A stretch of 64,000 bases of DNA from the human T2T-CHM13v2.0 reference genome, Homo sapiens, in the NCBI RefSeq assembly GCF_009914755.1, contig NC_060928.1; one strand, 5' to 3'. Within the stretch, counting starts at the first letter, position 1; every line of letters begins with the position of its first letter. Of this stretch, positions 58,931-64,000 are shown one piece after another. The notes under the pieces are model-generated. The model saw only the letters and a list, made by a program, of their open reading frames with translations. It was not told the DNA's origin and ran no database searches. Both the position numbers and the translations under genes were made by a program.

Positions 58931-59062
58931 GGCCGGCGCAGTGGCTCACATCTGTAATCCTAGCTCTTTGGGAGGCCAAGATGGGAGGATTGCTTGAGGC
59001 CAGGAGTTCAAGACCTGCCTGGTCAACATAGTGAGACCCCCATCTCTTAGAAAAAAAAAAAA
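58931..59062 (+). mobile_element. Alu monomer (FLAM-C-like)
   Basis: Single left arm ggccggcgcagtggctcac...gagacccccatctct followed by an A-tail. Confidence 0.88.
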
Positions 59063-59143
59063 TATGTATATATATATATATATACACACACACATATATA
59101 TATACACACACACACACACAGACGCAAACACACACATATATAT
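59063..59143. repeat. Compound (TA)n(CA)n microsatellite
   Basis: Read directly. It continues from the Alu tail. Confidence 0.95.
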
Positions 59144-59952
59144 AAATGTTTTATTAAACAGTTTATTAAAAATTTACAATATATAAAATGTTACGTTTCC
59201 AATATATTCTACCCCCCATTCCCAACCTATTGTGAAGTAGATGGAAAAATACTTCTGCCTTTTAAAAAACTTAGGGCACCTAGTTTTTTAAAAACACACA
59301 AATAAGTATGAGCTAAGGCAAAATGTGACAAGTGCCTCAGGAGAGATCTAGGTGTTAAATGGGGCTCAAAGAAGGGTCTCCTAGCTGATAGGAGGTGGAA
59401 GGGAATCTTGGAGAATGATTCATGGAGAAGGTGACACCCACAAGTATTGAAGGATGGAAGGATTGTGAAAGGCAGTGACGAAAGGAAGGACAGCGTTTAG
59501 AATGAGAGAAAAGCTCAGCAGTGGGGAAATACAGGGCTTTCATAAACAGCAGATAAGCCAGGATGGTTGGGTCTGAGAACACATTAAACAGTAATGGGAG
59601 ATGAGTCTGAAAAGGTGGGCTGGATACAATGGAAGGACTTACAGGGCCAGAAAGCACATGAACAGTAGTACAAAAGGAGCCTGAGCACAGGAGATCAGTG
59701 ACACATGGAAATCCTTGAGATGAGAGGTTTTTAAATGACTAGAAAAGAGGCTGGGGAAAGAGAAGAGTCTAGCAGAATGAGAATGGGATATCTGATTGGG
59801 AACAGAGCTGCACAGCTGCTCACCTGCAGGGATGGCTGCCTTATCGACTCGGGCCTCTACCACACAGGTGAGGGTGACAAGCTCAAAAGCACAGAGGCTG
59901 AATTTAACTGCCTGTTCAGTTCTAGAGACTGAATATTAGGGATGGTTTATAG

Positions 59953-60175
59953 CAAGCTTGTCCAACCCATGGCCTGCAAGCCACATGTGGCCCAGGACAG
60001 CTCTGAATGCAGCCTAACACAAACTCATAAACTTTCTGAAAACATTATGAAATTTTTTTGCTTTTTTTTTTTTTTTTTTAGCTCATCAGCTATCATTATT
60101 GTTAGTGTATTTTATGTGTGGCCCAAGATAATTCTTCCAATGTGGCCCAGAGAAGCCAAAAGACTGGACACTCTG
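59953..60175. mobile_element. MER30 hAT-Charlie MITE
   Basis: Terminal inverted repeats caagcttgtccaa / ctggacactctg, and a perfect 8-bp TSD gtttatag (59945-59952 and 60176-60183). Confidence 0.92.
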
Positions 60176-60322
60176 GTTTATAGTATTATTTTGTTATCTT
60201 AACATATCTCTTCTCCTACAGATTTCAGATCAAAATATTCTAAAATTATTCTTACTGTAATTAATGACTTGTTTGGAAAAACAAATATCACATTTGCTTT
60301 AGAAAGAGGAAGCTAAATTTAC

Positions 60323-60407
60323 CCAAGCCTTTCATAGCCTTCCGAAGAGTTTCTGCATCAGCCCGCTCATCAAATCCAGGGAAGTCAGTCACAGTGCCTC
60401 TGAGAAC
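60323..60407 (-). CDS. ANXA5: Annexin A5 coding exon 3 (85 bp)
   Basis: Reverse complement reads tag|GTT CTC AGA GGC ACT GTG ACT GAC TTC CCT GGA TTT GAT GAG CGG ... AAA GGC TTG G|gt = [28 protein letters not shown], the N-terminus of annexin A5. Confidence 0.98.
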
Positions 60408-61059
60408 CTAATTCACGAAACACAGTGGTATTATTCATATCATGACTAATATGACAAAGTAAATAACACAAACAGGAAGCCGCTTGCTATATATCATATT
60501 CAGTCATTAAATAAATTTACCATTTGATAAGATTTGTGACCCCTTTTGAACTGGGAAGGGAACCACTTACAATGGGAATTGGCATGGCCGATTCAGCACA
60601 GAAGCTATCCTGATCACCTGTAATACCATCAGTGGGAAGGCTGGCTCCCTCTTCTCTGTGACGAAACCCCACCAACACCTCCTGGTTCACAGAGGGCACA
60701 TCTTTGCAGGTTCCCTTCCCATTAAGTCTCACACCATTTTGATCTACAAGCATACTGAGCCCGCACTAAATCTTAATACCCTATCCTGAGTACTCAATTT
60801 TAAGCAGTGCTCTTGTTACGTGCCTTTTGATCTAAGTCCTGTTTCTGTATACTTACTTAGGGACTTTACGATAACCCAGCAAAGCCTGAAATGATCGTTC
60901 ACGTGCCAGAGGAATACAAATCTTTGAATTTAGAACTTTATAAAGGTGTATTGGAAGACATTCTTCATAAAGCTTCCTGTTACACATTACTTTATCATAT
61001 ATATACACTGCTTTTAATAACCAAAATATCTTCGTATTTCAAAAAAAATTAGTGATATC

Positions 61060-61381
<322 letters not shown>

Positions 61382-61816
61382 TCATAAGGCTTTATTAATA
61401 CTGAGCCATAAATGTTTATCTTACGCTAAATGGAGGCTCCCAGAATTTACTTTACCAATAAATGTTTTTACATTCCCTCAAAACTCCTGCTTAGGTACCA
61501 TCTAAACTGAGAAACAAACAGCTAAAAGGACTGTAAAGCTAGCCTCGTTTACAATCTTACGTGTCTTATTATAAATGCACAAAAGCACAGTCACCAAAAA
61601 GGAGGAAAGTTTCTTTTCCATCTTAGCCTCCAATTGTTGCTATGCCAACAATAACATAATACTAATCAAATTTTAAAAGATGACAACAGAGAGAGATAGC
61701 CATGGTGAAGAACTTCCCCAGGGCATAGTGTCAAAGGTCAGTTCAGTGGCCTTCTCTCTTTAGTGGCACTAAATTAGGCTTCCTGAAAAAGTGGCACTCA
61801 TGGATCCAGGAGATAG

Positions 61817-62618
61817 TGACAAAGACTCTCCCTTTGACCACACTTTGAAGAGGCTCCCCTGAGCCCTCTTCTCAACTAGTCCTTGTCATTGGGCCTCCTT
61901 TGCCTGCCTAGCAAGAAGCTTGCTAAGTCAGTTTAAGGAGGATACCCCTACTTTTGGTATCTGATCACCCTCTGTTATGAACCGAATATCTGTGTCCCCT
62001 CAAAATTCATATGTTGAAACCCTACCCCACCACATGACGGTAAATAGGAGGTAGAGCCTTTGCGAGATAATTAGAATTAGATGAAGTCATGAAAGCAGGG
62101 CCCCCAAAATGAGATCAGCATCCTTGTAAGAATCCAGAGACAGCTTGCCTCTCTCTGCTCTGTCACGTTAGGCTACAATAATGTCTAGAAGAGAGCCCTC
62201 ACCACACCCAACCATGCTGGCACCCTGAGACTTCCAGTCACCAAAACTTTGAGAAATGAATTTCCTTCTTTATAAGCCACCCAGTCTATAGTATTCTGTT
62301 ACAGCAGCCCAATGAACTAAGGCACCCTCTATATCTGATCAATTTCCTCATCCCCTCCCCCAACATCTGATCATCCTGGCCTGCCTTCAGCAAGAATCCT
62401 ATTAAGTCAGTTTAGCACGAGTCCCCCTAACTTGATGTTTCCTGTTAGTAACTTTCCATGCACTGACCTCACTCTGCTTGTTAGCTATAAATCCCCAATT
62501 GTCTTCACTGTATTCAGAGTTGAACCTAATCTCTCTCCCCTGTGATAACAGTCATGACTTACATTGTAGTATTCTTGACTGAGGTCTTCCTTACCACCAG
62601 AATAACTTTTTCTTCAAC
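61817..62618 (+). mobile_element. MER31-like LTR split by a MaLR LTR
   Basis: tgacaaagactctcc.ttgacca start, internal repeats agcaagaa...taagtcagttta and atctgatca, and gctataaatcccc. Confidence 0.7.
61973..62324 (+). mobile_element. MLT1A/MST-like solo LTR nested in the MER31-like LTR
   Basis: tgttatgaaccgaat...aactaaggca with 5-bp TSD ccctc (61968-61972 and 62325-62329). Confidence 0.85.
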
Positions 62619-64000
62619 TGTAGTCCTTACCCTTGTTCAAGAAGAGAAGACACACTGTTCTTTCCTCGGAACAGGGTCAGCTATGAGAGAACTTATCAGA
62701 AAACCTGACCTCATGAAGCCCCACACGACCTTAACTCCTAAGTCAACTGGTATGATCATGAGGCCAAAAGAATATAATTCAAGAGAAAAAGAGGTGTTTC
62801 CAGGTTGATGTCCCAGCCCCAGGTTGTTGAAAGCACCACTGGCAGCAGCTTTCACTCCCTCTGTGCCTCAGCTAAACAAGGGACTGTGGCCAACTAGGAA
62901 AAGGGGAAGGGGAGCCTCTCTCCCACTTGTCTCGTGGAGAGGTTATGAAACTAAGCCAGAGCTGTTCATTCCACCAAGAGGGAAATCCACCCACAGCCAG
63001 GCTAGTCTCCATTTCCACCCCATCTAAGGAGCACAGATACATAAAGACCAATAGATTCCCTGCCATTCATTCGATACCTTAATCCATATGAAACTGAATG
63101 GTTGAATACTGACAACTTCATAAAAGGAGTTATAGTTTAGAAGAGAAATTGATAAGATTTGAGAAGATGATGCTCAAAATTAGCCTGTGTTAGGAAAGTT
63201 CTTTCTCTCAGATCAAGTTACAGCTTCTCTTTAATGAGACCACTTCAAATTGATCAGTATCATTGTAAAAATGAATAAACTCTACAAGTTTTCTTAATGT
63301 GAGAACTTAGGACTGAATGCCCCTTGCAGTCCATCTGTCTTTTTACTCATTGACTCACCATCTTTTGAATGTCTCCCCCGTCCAAAGTATTATACTAACT
63401 ACTAGTTAAAAGTCAGGATCCCTCAAGTTAAGTGTGAAATGACAGGCATATAACTAATCAAGTGCAGTAGAATATGTACACACAGAGGCTGGATTAGGGC
63501 AATGTGAGCACATTTGAGAGGACTATATTGGGAAGTGTGAAAAGAGAAAAAATTCGGAAAAAAATTCCAAACAGTCTTGAAAGTTGCCTGTGAATTTGCC
63601 AGGCCAATCTTGGTACTTTGGCTAAAGAGTTAAGTATTTCAGCAGACTGGAACAAGCAGTAAGGTTGAAACAAAAACAAGGGAAAGGTCACAGTGAAGGG
63701 AGGGGAAGGGCACAAAAGCCATGCTAAAATGTGCGGACCTCATCCTGTAGGCAACAGGAAGCCACTGGAGGACACTCAGGCAGGGAAGAACAATGTCAAC
63801 TCTGCACAGCAAGATGGAACCGACTGTGCAAGAGTGACAAGAAGACTGCTTAGAAACTAACAACACAAAGAAGGAAAGGAAGACCTAAACAAAGGCAGGG
63901 ACAGAAACAGGCCCCAGGTAGACAGGAACTACTTAGGGTGATTCTGTTTTTTGGATGAGAAAGAGGATGGCTGACTTTGCATTTCTCCATAGTAGGCTTG

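Overview
This is primate genomic DNA, very likely human. It is AT-rich and repeat-dense. The only real protein-coding gene is ANXA5 (annexin A5) on the minus strand. Eleven coding exons (canonical exons 3-13, residues ~4-320 plus stop, 954 nt in total, GT-AG introns) lie between 60407 and 42497. The 3'UTR and polyA signals are at about 42000-42500. Exons 1-2 and the promoter lie beyond the right edge of the window. The first ~41 kb is downstream intergenic DNA built from Alu, L1, L2/MIR, MaLR/ERVL LTRs, a decayed ERVL pro-pol fragment and a Tigger1 transposon with nested insertions. Almost all ORFs in the supplied track are spurious or repeat-derived. I find no new gene system. The most unusual signals are structural: a ~150-bp-arm fold-back at 320-665, an inverted ~235-bp local duplication that pre-dates an Alu insertion, a ~134-bp direct copy pasted 4.3 kb away, an AluY with a sharp CpG-decay boundary suggesting gene conversion, and a twin-primed L1. 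Repeat subfamily names are recognised by eye, and old-repeat boundaries are approximate.
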